A stretch of DNA of 64,000 bases from Malacoraja senta (GCA_038087875.1 CM075999.1:3226001-3290000); one strand, 5' to 3'; positions 1-12,240 are shown, counted from the stretch's first letter. Numbers and translations: made by a program. Notes: generated by a model not told the origin, from the letters alone.

Positions 1-199
1 ATCTTTGCCTTGGAGCTGTTTATGTCTGTGCTCTGTGGAATCTGTATATACATGACACCTGAGAGCCATAATGGAGGTGCCAGCAGCGGCAGAGAAATAA
101 GCGCTAGATAACCTTCGGTGGTAGTCAAAAAAGCTGGAGAAACTCAGCGCGTGAGGCAGCATCAATGGAGCGAAGGAATGGCAATTAACCTTCTATCGT

Positions 200-715
200 T
201 TAGTTTAAGTTTTTAGTTTTAGAGACATAGCACGGAAACAGGCTGGGTCCTCGCCGACCACCAATTCCCCACAGATTAACACTATCCTACACACACTAGG
301 GGCAATTTTTACATTTACCAAGCCAATTTGTCTGTTGAATTCTCTGCCTCAGTGGTGGAGGCAGGTTCTCTGGATGCTTTCAAGAGAGAGCTAGATAGGG
401 CTCTTAAAAATAGCGGAGTCAGGGGATATGGGGAGAAGGCAGGAACGGGGTACTGATTGGGGATGATCAGCCACGATCACATTGAATGGTGGTGCTGGCT
501 GGAAGGGCCGAATGGCCTACTCCTGCACCTATTGTCTGTTGTCTATTGTCTATTTACCTTTGGAGTGTGGGAGGAGACCGAAGATCTCGCAGAAAACCCA
601 CGCAGGTCACGGGGAGAAGGTACAAACTTTGTACAGACAGCACCCGTAGTCGGGATTGAACCTGGGTCTGCGGTGCTGTGGGGTAGAGACTCTACCCACT
701 GCGCCACCGTGCTCG
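200..715 (-). mobile_element. HE1-like tRNA-derived SINE, interrupted by a CR1 3' fragment
   Basis: Reverse strand has a tRNA-like head (GGTGGCGCAGTGG...GGTTCAATCC), a conserved body and a (CTAAA)-type tail; the body is split at ~330-555 by a + strand LINE tail. Confidence 0.8.
330..555 (+). mobile_element. CR1/HER1-like LINE 3' end
   Basis: Encodes NSLP..VEAGSLDAFKRELDRAL-type ORF2 C-terminus and ends in gggccgaatggcctactcctgcacctattgtct. Confidence 0.85.
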
Positions 716-1554
716 CTTTCTCTGTAGCTGGCACGCTGAAGAAATTATTTTATATTTCAAATCCATGTAAAGCACGGTAGCTTAGTACAGAGATACAACG
801 TGGAAACAGGCCCTCCGTGTCCACGCCAACCACCAATCACCCCTTCACACTAGTTCTACGTTATCCCACTCTCTCGTCCGCTCCCTACACACTAGGGGGC
901 AATTTACAGAGGGGCCGATTAACCCACAAACCCGCACGTCTTTGGGATGTGGGATGAAACCGGAGCGCGCAGTCACAGGGAGTTCTAGCGACTGTAGAAA
1001 CATAGAGGTGTAGATCATAGAGTATAGAAGAGTACAGCACAGGAACAGGCCTTTCGGCCCACAACGCCTGTGCTGTACGTGATGCCAAGATACACTGATC
1101 TCATGTGCCTGCAGATAATTCATATCCCTCCATTCCCTGCATATCCATGCACCTATCCAAAAGTCTCTTAAACATTGTATCTGGCACCCCTGGCATCGCG
1201 TTCCAGGCACCCATCGCCCTCTGTGTAAAAAAACATGTCCCGCACATCTCCTTTAAACTTTGTCCAGAAACAGGCCCTTCAGCCCATCTTCTCCATGCTG
1301 GCCAGGTTAGCATACCAGGCCAGTCCCACCTGCCTGCATTTGGCCCATACCCCTCTTAACCTATGCCATCATTGTACCTGTTTAAAGGGGATGATGACAG
1401 AAGCCTCCTCGTGGTGTTCCCAGGAACCGACGGCGCGATGAACTCTGTGACGCGTCGGGCGACAATTCTGTCAACATGTTGGACGACGACAGAAGCCGAC
1501 GGCGAGCTACACATCGTCTGACACACGAGCGAACAAACCTGTATAAATGTTGCA

Positions 1555-2330
1555 ATAGACAATAGACAATAGGTGCAGGAGGAGGCCATTCGGCCCTTCG
1601 AGCCAGCACCGCCATTCAATATGATCATGGCTGATCATCCCAATCAGTACCCCGTTCCTGCCTTCTCCCCCATATCCCCTGACTCCGCTATTTTTAAGAG
1701 CCCTATCTAGCTCTCTCTTGAAAGCATCCAGAGAACCAGCCTCCACCGCCCTCTGAGGCAGAGAATTCCACAGACTCACCACTCTCTGTGAGAAAAAGTG
1801 TTTCCTCATCTCCGTTCTAATTGGCTTACTCCTTATTCTTAAACTGTGGCCCCTGGTTCTGGACTCCCCCAACATCGGGAACATGTTTCTGCCTCTAGTG
1901 TGTCCAAGCCCTTAACAATCTATATGTTTCAATGAGATCGCCACTCATCCTTCTAAATTCCAGAATGTACAAGCCCAGCTGCTCCATTCTCTCAGCATAT
2001 GACAAGTCCCGCCATCCCAGGAATTAACCTTGTAAACCTACGCTGCACTCCCTCAATTAGCAAGAATGTTCTTCCTCAAATTAGGGGGCCAAAACAGCAT
2101 ACAATACTCCAGGTGTGGTCTCACTAGGGCTCTGTACAACTGCAGAAGGACCTCTTTGCTCCTATATTCAATTCCTCTTGTTATAAAGGCCAGATGCCAT
2201 TGGCTTTCTTCACTGCCTGCTGTACCTGCATGCTTACTTTCATAGACTGATGTACAAGGAGCCCCAGATCCCGTTGTACTTCGCCTTTTCCCAACTTTAC
2301 ACCATTTAGATAGTAATCTGTTTCTTAACT
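1555..2330 (-). mobile_element. CR1-like LINE 3' fragment (RT C-terminus and tail)
   Basis: ORF 1507-1884 contains GESRTRGHSLRI...FFSQRVVSLWNSLPQ; (ATTGTCT)n tail. Confidence 0.9.
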
Positions 2331-2889
2331 GTTGGATTAGTCCCAGCCTCTACCCAGTCCCTACCTTCTCTGGCAGCTCGTTCCATACACCCACCACCCC
2401 TTGTGTAACAACGTTACCCCTCAGATTCCTATTAAATCCTTCCCCCCCTCATCTTAAACCAGTGTCCTCTGGTTCTCGATTCTCCTAGTCATCTATAGGG
2501 CTAGGGCTCTTAGATAGGGCTCTTAAAGATTGCAGAGTCAGGGGGATATGGGGGAGAAGGCAGGAATGGGGTACTGATTTGTGGATGATCAGCCATGATC
2601 ACATTGAATAGCGGTGCTGGCTCAAAGGGCCGAATGGCCTCCTCTTGCACCTATTGTCTTTTGTCTACTGTCTATTCCTCTCACGGTTTTGTATATATTT
2701 AATAACACCTGATTATCAAGTGAAAATATCCAAATTCTCAAGATAGTGTCGTCAAGCATCTGAAAACATTAAACTGTGATCTTTAAATTTGCAATTCATT
2801 TATTATAAGATGTTTCCATTAGAAAAAAACAAGCTTGTCATTCTTTCATTGTTAATCAAAATATGGAACATTAATTCCGACAGTGGGTC

Positions 2890-3480
2890 GGCACGGTGGC
2901 GCAGCGGGTAGAGCTGCTGCCTCACAGCGCCAGAGACCCGGGGTTCCATCCTGACAGTGGGTGCTGTCTGTACAGAGTTTGTCAAGTCACTCAAGTCAAG
3001 TCAAGTCACTTTTATTTCTATAGCACATTTAAAAAACAACTCTCGTTGACCAAAGTGCTTTACATTGGTGGAGGTACTAACGTTATACAACAGTGGTTCA
3101 TATATTAAATACATACATAAATACAGACATATAGCCCTCCCTCAGAGGACGTCAAGAAAGGCTTGAGAGTAGAGATGAGTTTTAAGTCTTGACTAAAAAG
3201 AGTCGATGGAGGGGGCAGTTCTGATGGGAAGAGGGGATGCTGTTCCACAGTCTAGTTTGTACTTTCTCCCCTTGACCTGCGTGGGTTTTCTCCGAGATCT
3301 TTGGTTCCCTCGCACACTCCAAAGACTTGCATGTTTGTAGGTTAATTGGCTTGGTATAAATGCAAAAATTGTAAATTGTCCCCAGTGTGTGTAGGATAGT
3401 TTTTGGTATGCAGGGATCGCTGGTCGGTGCGGGCCGAATGACCTGTTTCCATGCTGTATCTCTAAACCAAACTAAACTGA
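2890..3480 (+). mobile_element. HE1-like SINE, interrupted at ~2980-3255
   Basis: Head ggcacggtggcgcagcgggtagagctgctgcctcacagcg; tail ctgtatctctaaaccaaactaaact. Confidence 0.8.
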
Positions 3481-4114
3481 GCTAATATGGGAATGTTTTG
3501 ACATCTGCCTGCCATAAAGTTCCTCGTAAAAGTATAAAATGTTTCTTTCCATCAAACACTGCCAGGCCAGTGTTGTATGGAGCCAGAGGAGAGGCTGAGG
3601 GAGTGGAGCTGTTTATGCTCAGGCAGACCGTGTGTGACTGACTGACTGACTGACTGACTGACGCTGTTCACTATGTTCAAACCATGAAGTCTTTAGCCTT
3701 TAGGGACGCAGCGCAGAAACAGGCCCTTCGGCCCACCGAGTCCGTGCCGTCCAGCGATCAGCCCGTACACTATGAGCACTATCCTACACACACTGGGGAC
3801 AGTTTACAATTTTACCAAAGCCAATTAACCAACAAACCTGCATGTCTTTGGAGTGTGGGAGGAAACCGGATGGGGCTGAGTGGCCAACTCCTGCTCTCAT
3901 TTTCAAGTCAAGAGTGTTTTTATTGTCGTGTGTCTCAGATAGAACAATGCCATTCTCACTTGCTGCAGAACCACACAATATGTAAACATAGTACACTGTA
4001 AACAATGTCATAAATGAGAGAGAAAAAAGTTATATATACACACACACACAAACTCACATACTGAACTTCTTATTTCTCAGTTCACTAAACTAAGATAAAC
4101 AAACTGTAACTGTA

Positions 4115-4330
4115 TACACACGCACGCGCACACACACACACGGCACACCACACACACACACACTGCACACACACCTGCACACATACACGCACACACACCC
4201 TGCACACACATACACAGGCACACATGTGCACACACACGCACAACACACATGCACACACATATATATACACATATAATTATTGTATGTGTGTTTGTGTGTA
4301 TATATCTACACACACACAAACACACATACT
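4115..4330. repeat. (CA)n/(TG)n-rich microsatellite
   Basis: Directly visible. Confidence 0.95.
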
Positions 4331-4334
4331 AAAG

Positions 4335-5564
4335 TCTATATTACTAAAAGTCTGATCTTGACCACTTCCTGTTGTTCTGTATATTGATTTTAGAAAAAAC
4401 GCTGCCACTTACGGCTGTGATTTTTGGCCATCTTACTCAGAGCCCCCCTCCGCTGCGCAGGACAAAAGGATTTTAACGATGAAAAATAAAAGAGTTATTA
4501 GTGTTTAAAAAATGTTGAGATTCTCTCTCCTGAAGGCCACGCCCCATCCAGAGGGATTATAAAACCCGGAAGTGTTGAGTGCCTCAGTCAGTCTCTGCAA
4601 GATGGGGGAGCGAGAGGGGTCATGTCTCTCAGTCTGAGCTGTGAATAACACTGAACACATGTCTACTAAACTGTGAGTGGTTTTACTGACCTGTCAGTGC
4701 CCTTAATGTGGTTTGAAAATATAGTTTGGAAATGCTAAGCTGTGTTGCCTTTGGTTTGGAAATGCTAAAGCTGCGTTGCCTTATTAAAGTTGCCTTGCCT
4801 AATTAAAGTTGCCTTGCCTAATTAAAGTTGCTTTGCATAATTAAAGTTGCCTTGCCTAATTAAAGTTGCCTTACCTTCTATATAATTAGAAGTCTAATCT
4901 TGACCACTTCCTGTTTGCGTTTTATATTGATTTTAGAAAAAACGCTACCACGTACGGCTGTGATTTTTGGCCATCTTACTCAGAGTCCTCCTCCGCTCAT
5001 CAGGTGCCGATATTTTTCCCATCGATGAAAAATAAAAGAGTTATTAATGTTTAAAAAATGTTGATATTCTCTCTCCTGTCAATCACACCATGAAGACCAC
5101 GCCCCTTCTGGTGGGGGGGACTATAAACCCAGAAGTATGGGCGTGGCTCAGTCTCTGCAATATGGAGGAGGGCGAGGTCACGACTCGCTGTCTTTAGTGG
5201 CCTTGCACCATGCTTGAAATGATATGAAACTGCACTTGAATTTGGTGGCCTTGCACCCTGCTTGAAATGGAATTTCAAGGAATAGCTGTGAGTCAACTGC
5301 CAGCCCACCAGCCGTGAGTGAGTGAGCTGCCAGCACATCAGGCTTGAGTGACTGAGCTGGCACCCCAAGAATCCATTCGGCCTGCAATGTCCATACTAGC
5401 CCTCTGGAAACCAGTCCCTTCAGCCCACAACACCCATACTAGCGCTCCAGAAAGCCCCCCCCCACTGGCCACCAATATTAGTATTGGTGGAGAGCTGGAA
5501 TATTTGCGTTGGGGGACCAGCCCTCCCGTGTGATGCTGGGACCCAACGGGTCCGCTTAGTCTAG
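4335..5564 (+). mobile_element. Non-autonomous Helitron with duplicated 5' end
   Basis: Starts TCTATATTACTAAAAG; ends with hairpin GGACCC-AAC-GGGTCC (5539-5553) then CTAG (5561-5564) followed by T; no TIRs; a second related 5' end starts at 4877; ~19-bp minisatellite at ~4775-4875. Confidence 0.75.
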
Positions 5565-6094
5565 TTATATATATAATTCTAGTATGTGTGGTTGTGTGTG
5601 TGTAGATATATACACACAAACACACATACAATAATTATATGTGTATATATATGTGTGTGAGTGTGTGTGTGTGTGCATGTGTGTGCGCGCGTATATTATA
5701 TATATATATATATATAATATATGTATTACAGTTCCAGTTTAGTTCCAGTGGAGTTTATTGCCACCTGTATTAAGGTACAGTGAAAAGCTACCTTTTGTCC
5801 TGATAATTTCCTACACATCCGCGGGCATCAGAAGTCGGCCGATCTCTTGCCCTCTTGAAGAGACTTCATTGGCCCGTGCTGGGATGAGGTGCGGGTGTCA
5901 GGGGTTACAGGGAGAAGGCAGAGATTGGGGTTAGGATGGAGAGATAGATCAGCCATGATTGAATGGCGGAGTAAACTTGAGGGGCCGAATGGCATGGATT
6001 TATGAAGTGGGTGAACTGGGGAAAACAAATTGTCCCGTTGTCCTTAACTGCCGTAATTAATTGGGCAGTCTCAAAAGTGACTTATAATATGAGT

Positions 6095-6335
6095 GAAGGT
6101 AGACCAAAGTGCTGGAGAAACTCAGCGGGTGAGGCAGCATCTACGGAGCGAAGGAATAGGTGATGTTTCGGGTCAGACTGATGTGGGGGTGGGGGGGGGG
6201 GCGGGAAGCTTCTTCCCGCCACCCCCCCACCCCCACATCAGTCTGAAGAAGGGTCTCGACCCGAAACGTCACCTATTCCTTCGCTCCATAGATGCTGCCT
6301 CACCCGCTGAGTTTCTCCAGCACTTTTGTCTACCT
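6095..6335. mobile_element. Palindromic (head-to-head) Penelope-like terminal element
   Basis: Left and right arms are reverse complements around aagctt (~6206-6211); the right arm carries the hammerhead-like motif. Confidence 0.7.
6243..6270 (+). ncRNA. Minimal type I hammerhead-ribozyme-like motif (representative copy)
   Basis: CTGAAGA-A-GGGTC-TC-GACCC-GAAA-CGTC: core boxes CUGANGA and GAAA, a stem II, palindromic ACGT stem III and a GUC triplet; stem I is very short. Confidence 0.6.
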
Positions 6336-7134
6336 ACAGTAGCTAGTAGTTCAGCACTGCTCTCTGGTTGTGGTGGAGAGGAGGGGTGTGAGGGAGAAAG
6401 GGGTGTGGGAGGGGGGAGGGAATGGGGTGGGGGGGTTTATTAGATGTTACCTAAAATTGGAGAATTCTAATTTCAGATCATGAGGCCTAGATCGAGTTGA
6501 TGTACAGAGTCTTTTACCTAGAGCAGCGGACAGCAGGAATCAGAAACACTGATCATGTTACCGATCAGACCATCAAGCTGGAAAGGGTGCAGAGAAGATT
6601 GACGAGGATGTTGCCAGGACTCGAGGGCCTGAGCCGTAGGAGAGGTTGTGCAGGCTAGGACTCTATTCCTTGGAGCGCAGGAGGGGGTGATCTTATAGAG
6701 GTGTATAAAATCACGAAGGGGGATTGAGAGGGTATAGGCACTTGTCTATTACCCAGTGTTGGGGAGTCAAGAACCAGACCTAAGTTGGTGAGAGGAGAAA
6801 GATTTAATAGGAACCTAAGAGGCAACCTGAGGTGTGGCAGGTGTATGGAACGAGCTGCCACCGGAGGTAGTTGAGGCAGGCACTATAACAACATTGATAG
6901 ACATTGGATAGGACATATAGAGGGAAGGTTTAGAGGATGGACACAAAATGCTGGAGTAACTCAACGAGTCAGGCAATATCTCCGGAGAAAACGGACGGGT
7001 GATGTTTCAGGTCAGGGGTTACGGGGAGAAGTCAGGAGAATGGGGGTTAGGAGGGAAAGATAGGTCAGCCATGGTGGAATGGCGGAGTAGACTTGAATGG
7101 ACTAATTCTGCTCCTATCACTTATGAACATGAAC

Positions 7135-7625
7135 TTGGTTAATTCACGGGATGGAGGGACTGTCATATGCTGAGAGAATGGAGCAGCTGGGCTTGTACAC
7201 TCTGGAGTTTAGAAGGATGAGAGGATATCTCATTGAAACATATAAGATTGTGAAGGGTTTGGACACACCAGAGGCCGGAAACATGTTTCCTGATGTTGGA
7301 GGAGTCCAGAACCAGGGGCCCACAGTTTACGAATAAGGAATAAGCCATTTGGAACAGAGACGAGGAAACACTTTTTCTCACAGAGAGTGGTGAGTCTGTA
7401 AGATTGTGAAGAGTTCTCTGCCTCAGAGGGCAGTGGAGGCAGGTTCTCTGGATGCTTTCAAGAGAGAGCTAGATAGGGCTCTTAAAAATAGCGGAGTCAG
7501 GCGATATGGGAAGAAGGCAGGAACGGGGTACTGATTGGGGATGATCAGCCATGATCACATTGAATGGCGTGCTGGCTCGAAGGGCCGAATGGCCTACTCC
7601 TGCACCTATTGTCTATTGTCTATTG
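7135..7625 (+). mobile_element. CR1-like LINE 3' fragment
   Basis: GLSYAERMEQLGLYTLEFRRMRG.LIETYKI motif and (ATTGTCT)n tail. Confidence 0.9.
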
Positions 7626-8544
7626 ACCCTTCTATAGTCCCAACCCGAAACGTCACCCATCCATTTTCCCCAGAGATGCTTGGTCAACATGGGCTAGTTG
7701 GGCCGAAGGGCCCGTTGCCACGCTGTACGAGTAATTCAATGTTCATGGTTGTAATCTCATACGAGGCGCTGTTCCTAAACAACTTTGCTGGGATTATTGA
7801 TGTCGGCATTACTTTTTAATACCATCCATTGCAGATCCCCTGAAAACTGGCCTTTAGCCAGCAGTAAAAATGGCTCTTTAAATCAAATTGAAGTAAGCTA
7901 TGAATTTTAGTGATATTTAGCGGGCATATTTTTCACTGCCTGCTCGTGAACAGAGGAATTATCCTAATCATTTAAGATAATTCAATACCTCTGCTAAATA
8001 ATAGTCAAGGGTCGCTTGATTGAATGTACACATAAATCCTTAATTTTAGTTTTAAATATTATTAAATGTGATCGCCCCGTGCAACTGAATTAGTTACGTT
8101 GTGGCAATATTGTGAACCCTTTCCTCATTTTCAATCGGAAATAATAACTCTTGAATATTAAGTGTAAATATATAATATTCCACTTAGAGTCATAGTCGTA
8201 GAGTGATACGGTGTAAAAACAGGCCCTTCGGCCCAACTTGACCAACTTGTCCCAGCTACACGTCCCACCTGCCTGCGTTTGGCCCATATGCCACCAAACC
8301 TGCCCTATCCATGTACTTGTCTAACTGTTTCTTAAACATGGGATAGTCCCTGCCTCAACTTGCTCCTCTGGCAGCTTGTTCCATACACCCACCGCCCTGT
8401 GTGTGAAAATAGGAAAGAAGGAAGGAAAGGTTTAGTGGGGTAAGGGTCAAATGTGGGTAATTGAGACTAGCATAGATGGGCCAATCTTGGACGGGCATGG
8501 ACATGTTGGGCCAAAGGGCCTGTTTCCGTGCTGTGTAAGAACAA

Positions 8545-9062
8545 TAAGGCAGATAATTATCTGAATGGTGTCAGATTAGGAAAAGGGGAGGTGCAACGAG
8601 ACCTGGGTATGCTTGTCCATCAGTCACTGAAAGTAAGCATGCAGGTACAGCAGGCAGTGAAAGAAAGCTAATGGCATGTTGGCCTTCATAGCGAGAGGAT
8701 TTGAGTATAGGAGCAAGGAGGTCCTACTGGCAGTTGTACAGGGCCCTGGTGAAACCACACCTGGAGTATTGAGTGCAGTTCTGGTCTCCTAATTTGAGGA
8801 GGACATTATTGCTATTGAGGGAGTGCAGCGTGGGTTCACCAGGTTAATTCCCAGGATGGGTGGGACTGACATATGAAAGAATGGGTCGACTGGGCTTGTA
8901 TTCACTGGTATTTAGGATGAGAGGGATCTTATAGAAACAAAAAAATTCTTAAGGGATTGGACAGGCTAGATGCACAAATTTTTTCCCGATGTTGGGGGAG
9001 TCCAGAACCAGGGGTCACGCAGTTTAAGAATAAGGGGTAGCCCATTTAGGACTGAGATGAGG
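8545..9062 (+). mobile_element. CR1-like LINE RT fragment, degraded
   Basis: RDLG..VHQSLKVSMQVQQAVK and LYRALVKPHLEY..QFWSP motifs with frameshifts. Confidence 0.85.
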
Positions 9063-10340
9063 AATAGCCCTGAATATTCAGTTCCCAACCCTGTTCCTCT
9101 TGCAGCCATGTCTCTGTAATTCCCACAACATCATACTTGCCAATTTCTAACAGAGCCTCAAGCTCGTCCACTTTATTTCTTATACTTCTCGCATTCATAT
9201 ACAACACTTTGACCTCAGAACGTCGGTCCCCCTCCAGTTAAGGTGCAAACCCGCCCCCCAGCCACACATTCAGATCCCCTATCTCCCTGTTCCTGTCCCC
9301 ACTAGGACGAGGTACTGGAAGCAATCCAGAGATAACCACCCTAGAAATCCTGCTTTTCATTCTTCTTCCAATTCTTTAAACTCACGTTGCAGAACCTCTT
9401 TCCTCTTCTTCCGACGTCGTTTGTGCCTACATGCACAACTACTGCCGGCTGTTCATCTTCCCTCTCGAGGAATGTTCTGAATTCGGTTCATGACATCCTG
9501 AACCCTGGCACCAGGGAGACAACAGACCATCCTGGCGTCTCGTCTGCCGCCACAGAATCTCCTGTCTGATCCTCGGACAATGGAGTCACCCACCACTATG
9601 GCTCTGCCCGACGTTGGTCTCGCGGTCGAGTCTAGTCGCTGGGATTGGAGCCACCGACCTGTCCGCCGCTTGGACTGGAAGCGTCATCTGCCCCGACAGC
9701 TCCCAAGATGGCGTACCCGTTTCCATTAGGCACAGCCACTGGGGTCTCCTGCATCCACGGTTACTCCCCTTTCTCCCTGTCACCCACCTTCACTCTTCCT
9801 GTATCCTTGGCGTGACAACCTCACTGTAGGACCTGTCCAGGAAACTCTCATTTTCCCGGATGGCCCGGAGGTCGTCCAGCTGCTTCTCCAGTTGCCCAAC
9901 CCGTTCATTCAGGAGCTGCACCTGGACACAAAGTCTGAAGGTGTGGTTTCCAGAAGCTCCAGCGGTGTCCCTGACTTCCCACATCCTGCAGGAAACACAC
10001 TCCACCAACCTGCCTGCCATTTCTTCAGTGGACGAAAATCACAAACTTCAATCGAGCGTAGCCTCCTTGCCTCAGCCTCCTCGTCGAAGACTCTTGAGCC
10101 AAAGACTCCACTTTACTCACCGAGGCACTTCACTCAACAAGGCCGCTCCCCCTACAGTTGCACTTCTTTATCTGTTACCTAATGAACTAATTAGTAAATG
10201 ACTCGAACCTTGGCCTTTGGCGCTCTTCTTAAATCTTCTTTCCCCTCTGACTCACCTACTGCCATCCAATACTCGTCGCTCTCTCTACCTCTGACTGCCG
10301 CTTCTCTCCGACCCTCACGGGAAAGAAAGATCACTCCAAA
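9063..10340 (-). mobile_element. CR1-like LINE 5' portion: 5'UTR, ORF1 (Cys motif/coiled coil + SGNH esterase) and start of ORF2 endonuclease
   Basis: Minus strand gives MAGRLVECVSCRMWE...LEKQLDDLRAIRENESFLD, then VVGDSIVRGSDRRFCG..CCLPGARVQDV..VVVHVGTNDV, then VKVLYMNARSIRNKVDELEA..YDVVGITETWL. Confidence 0.85.
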
Positions 10341-10475
10341 GGTCAGCTTCCTCAAGACCAGTGACTTTCAAGCACATGATCTCATTATCACCAGTGATCA
10401 GGTTTAAATGACTCAATCAATTGAATCGCAAGCGCACGATCTCATTCTCACAAACTGTCAGGTCCCTCAAAGAGA

Positions 10476-10760
10476 GTGTTTAAGAAGGAACTGCAGATGC
10501 TGGAAAATCGAAGGTTACACAAAGTGCTGGAGAAACTCAGCGGGTGCAGCAGCATCTATGGAGCGAAGGAAATAGGCAATGTTTCGGGCCGAAACCCGGA
10601 AGGGTTTCGGCCCGAACGTTACTATTTCTTCCTGAAGGGTTTCGGCCCAAAACGTTGCCTATTTCCTTCCTGAAGGGTTTCGGCCCAAAACGTTGCCTAT
10701 TTCCTTCGCTCCATAGATGTTGCTGCACCCGCTGAGTTTTCTCCAGCACTTTTGTCTACC
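10476..10760. mobile_element. Palindromic Penelope-like element with three ~38-bp internal tandem units
   Basis: Inverted arms; flanked by direct repeat ccctcaaaga(g/t)agtg. Confidence 0.75.
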
Positions 10761-10891
10761 CTCAAAGATAGTGACTGACTTCGTCATCATCACAGCTGCA
10801 ACAGAACCCAGCATTTTCCCACTCAACGCTGCAATTTTCCACTAACGTACACAGCAAAAACCAAACTCCTGTCATATATATATATACGCAC

Positions 10892-10939
<48 letters not shown>

Positions 10940-10974
10940 CCATATATGTACATGTACACACATGCATTTAACAT

Positions 10975-11212
10975 CGGAGCCCCAGTTCGCCTAGAAGCTG
11001 CAGTTGGACTGCTGGATCGTGGGAGAAGAACAAAGGGAAGAGATAAGACTTTGCCTTCCATCACAGTGAGGAGGTGTTGGAGACTCACTGTGATGGATGT
11101 TTATGTTAAGTGTGGGTCTTGGGGTTTTTTGTAATGTAAAAAACTGTAGTAAGATATTTCGTTCAAGCCTAGGTTTGAATGACAATAAATAGCATTCTAT
11201 TCAATTCAATTC
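10975..11212 (+). mobile_element. Retroposon 3' end with stem-loop and (ATTCA)n tail, family unassigned
   Basis: Hairpin catcacagtgag...ctcactgtgatg; related copies on the minus strand at ~39610-39790, ~54460-54660 and ~55420-55670. Confidence 0.6.
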
Positions 11213-11449
11213 AATGCACACACTCACACAAATATATATATATATATTATAATAGACCAAGCGAGACTCGTTGGGCCCTGTCCCCAAACGCGGGGGCGGG
11301 GGGAGGGGGGCAGCGGGGGCAGGGGGGCGCGAGGGAATGGGTAGATTTGGGGGCTGGGGTAACTCAGCGGGTCAGACAGCTGGACAAAAAGGGAAAAGGA
11401 CCCTTCTTAGGGGTCTGGAGAATGTGAATCGGTGATGTTTTGGCTTTCG

Positions 11450-12031
11450 ATCTCTGAAGAGGGTCCCGACCCAAAACGTCACCTATCCATGTTCCCCAGA
11501 GGATGCTGCCTGACCCACTGAGTTTACTCCAGCACTCTGTGAAACGTCACCTATCCATGTTCTCCACAGATGCTGCCTGACCCGCTGAGTTACTCTGCGA
11601 CAGTTTACTTCTGTGCTTTGTAAGCTATACGAACCACACTATAAATGATAAGGGTAGACCAAAATGCTGGAAAAACTCAGCGGGTGCGGCAGCATCTATG
11701 GAGCGAAGGAAATAGGTAACGTTTCGGCCCGAAACCCTTCCGGGTTTCGGCCCGAAACGTTGCATATTTCCTTCAGGGTTTCTTCGGCCCGAAAGGTTGC
11801 CCATTTCCTTCGCTCCACAGATGCTGCCCTGACCCGCTGAGTTACTCCAGCACTCTGTGAAACGTCACCTATCCATGTTCTCCACAGATGCTGCCTGACC
11901 CGCTGAGTTACTCCAGCACTCTGTGAAACGTCACCTATCCATGTTCTCCACAGATGCTGCCTGACCCGCTGAGTTACTCCAGCACCCTGTGAAACGTCAC
12001 CTATCCATGTTCTCCACAGATGCTGCCTGAC
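11450..12031 (+). repeat. Composite of Penelope-like termini with 66-bp tandem units, running into the gap
   Basis: Unit gaaacgtcacctatccatgttctccacagatgctgcctgacccgctgagttactccagcactctgt repeated; an inverted copy of the composite lies at ~32980-33495. Confidence 0.8.
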
Positions 12032-12231
12032 NNNNNNNNNNNNNNNNNNNNNNNNNNNNNNNNNNNNNNNNNNNNNNNNNNNNNNNNNNNNNNNNNNNNN
12101 NNNNNNNNNNNNNNNNNNNNNNNNNNNNNNNNNNNNNNNNNNNNNNNNNNNNNNNNNNNNNNNNNNNNNNNNNNNNNNNNNNNNNNNNNNNNNNNNNNNN
12201 NNNNNNNNNNNNNNNNNNNNNNNNNNNNNNN
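12032..12231. other. Assembly gap (200 N)
   Basis: Run of N. Confidence 1.
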
Positions 12232-12240
12232 TCGATGTCA

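Noticed and set aside
4077..4325. Cys/Val-rich ORFs (also 25101-25484)
   Set aside because: Translations of (CA)n/(TG)n microsatellites.
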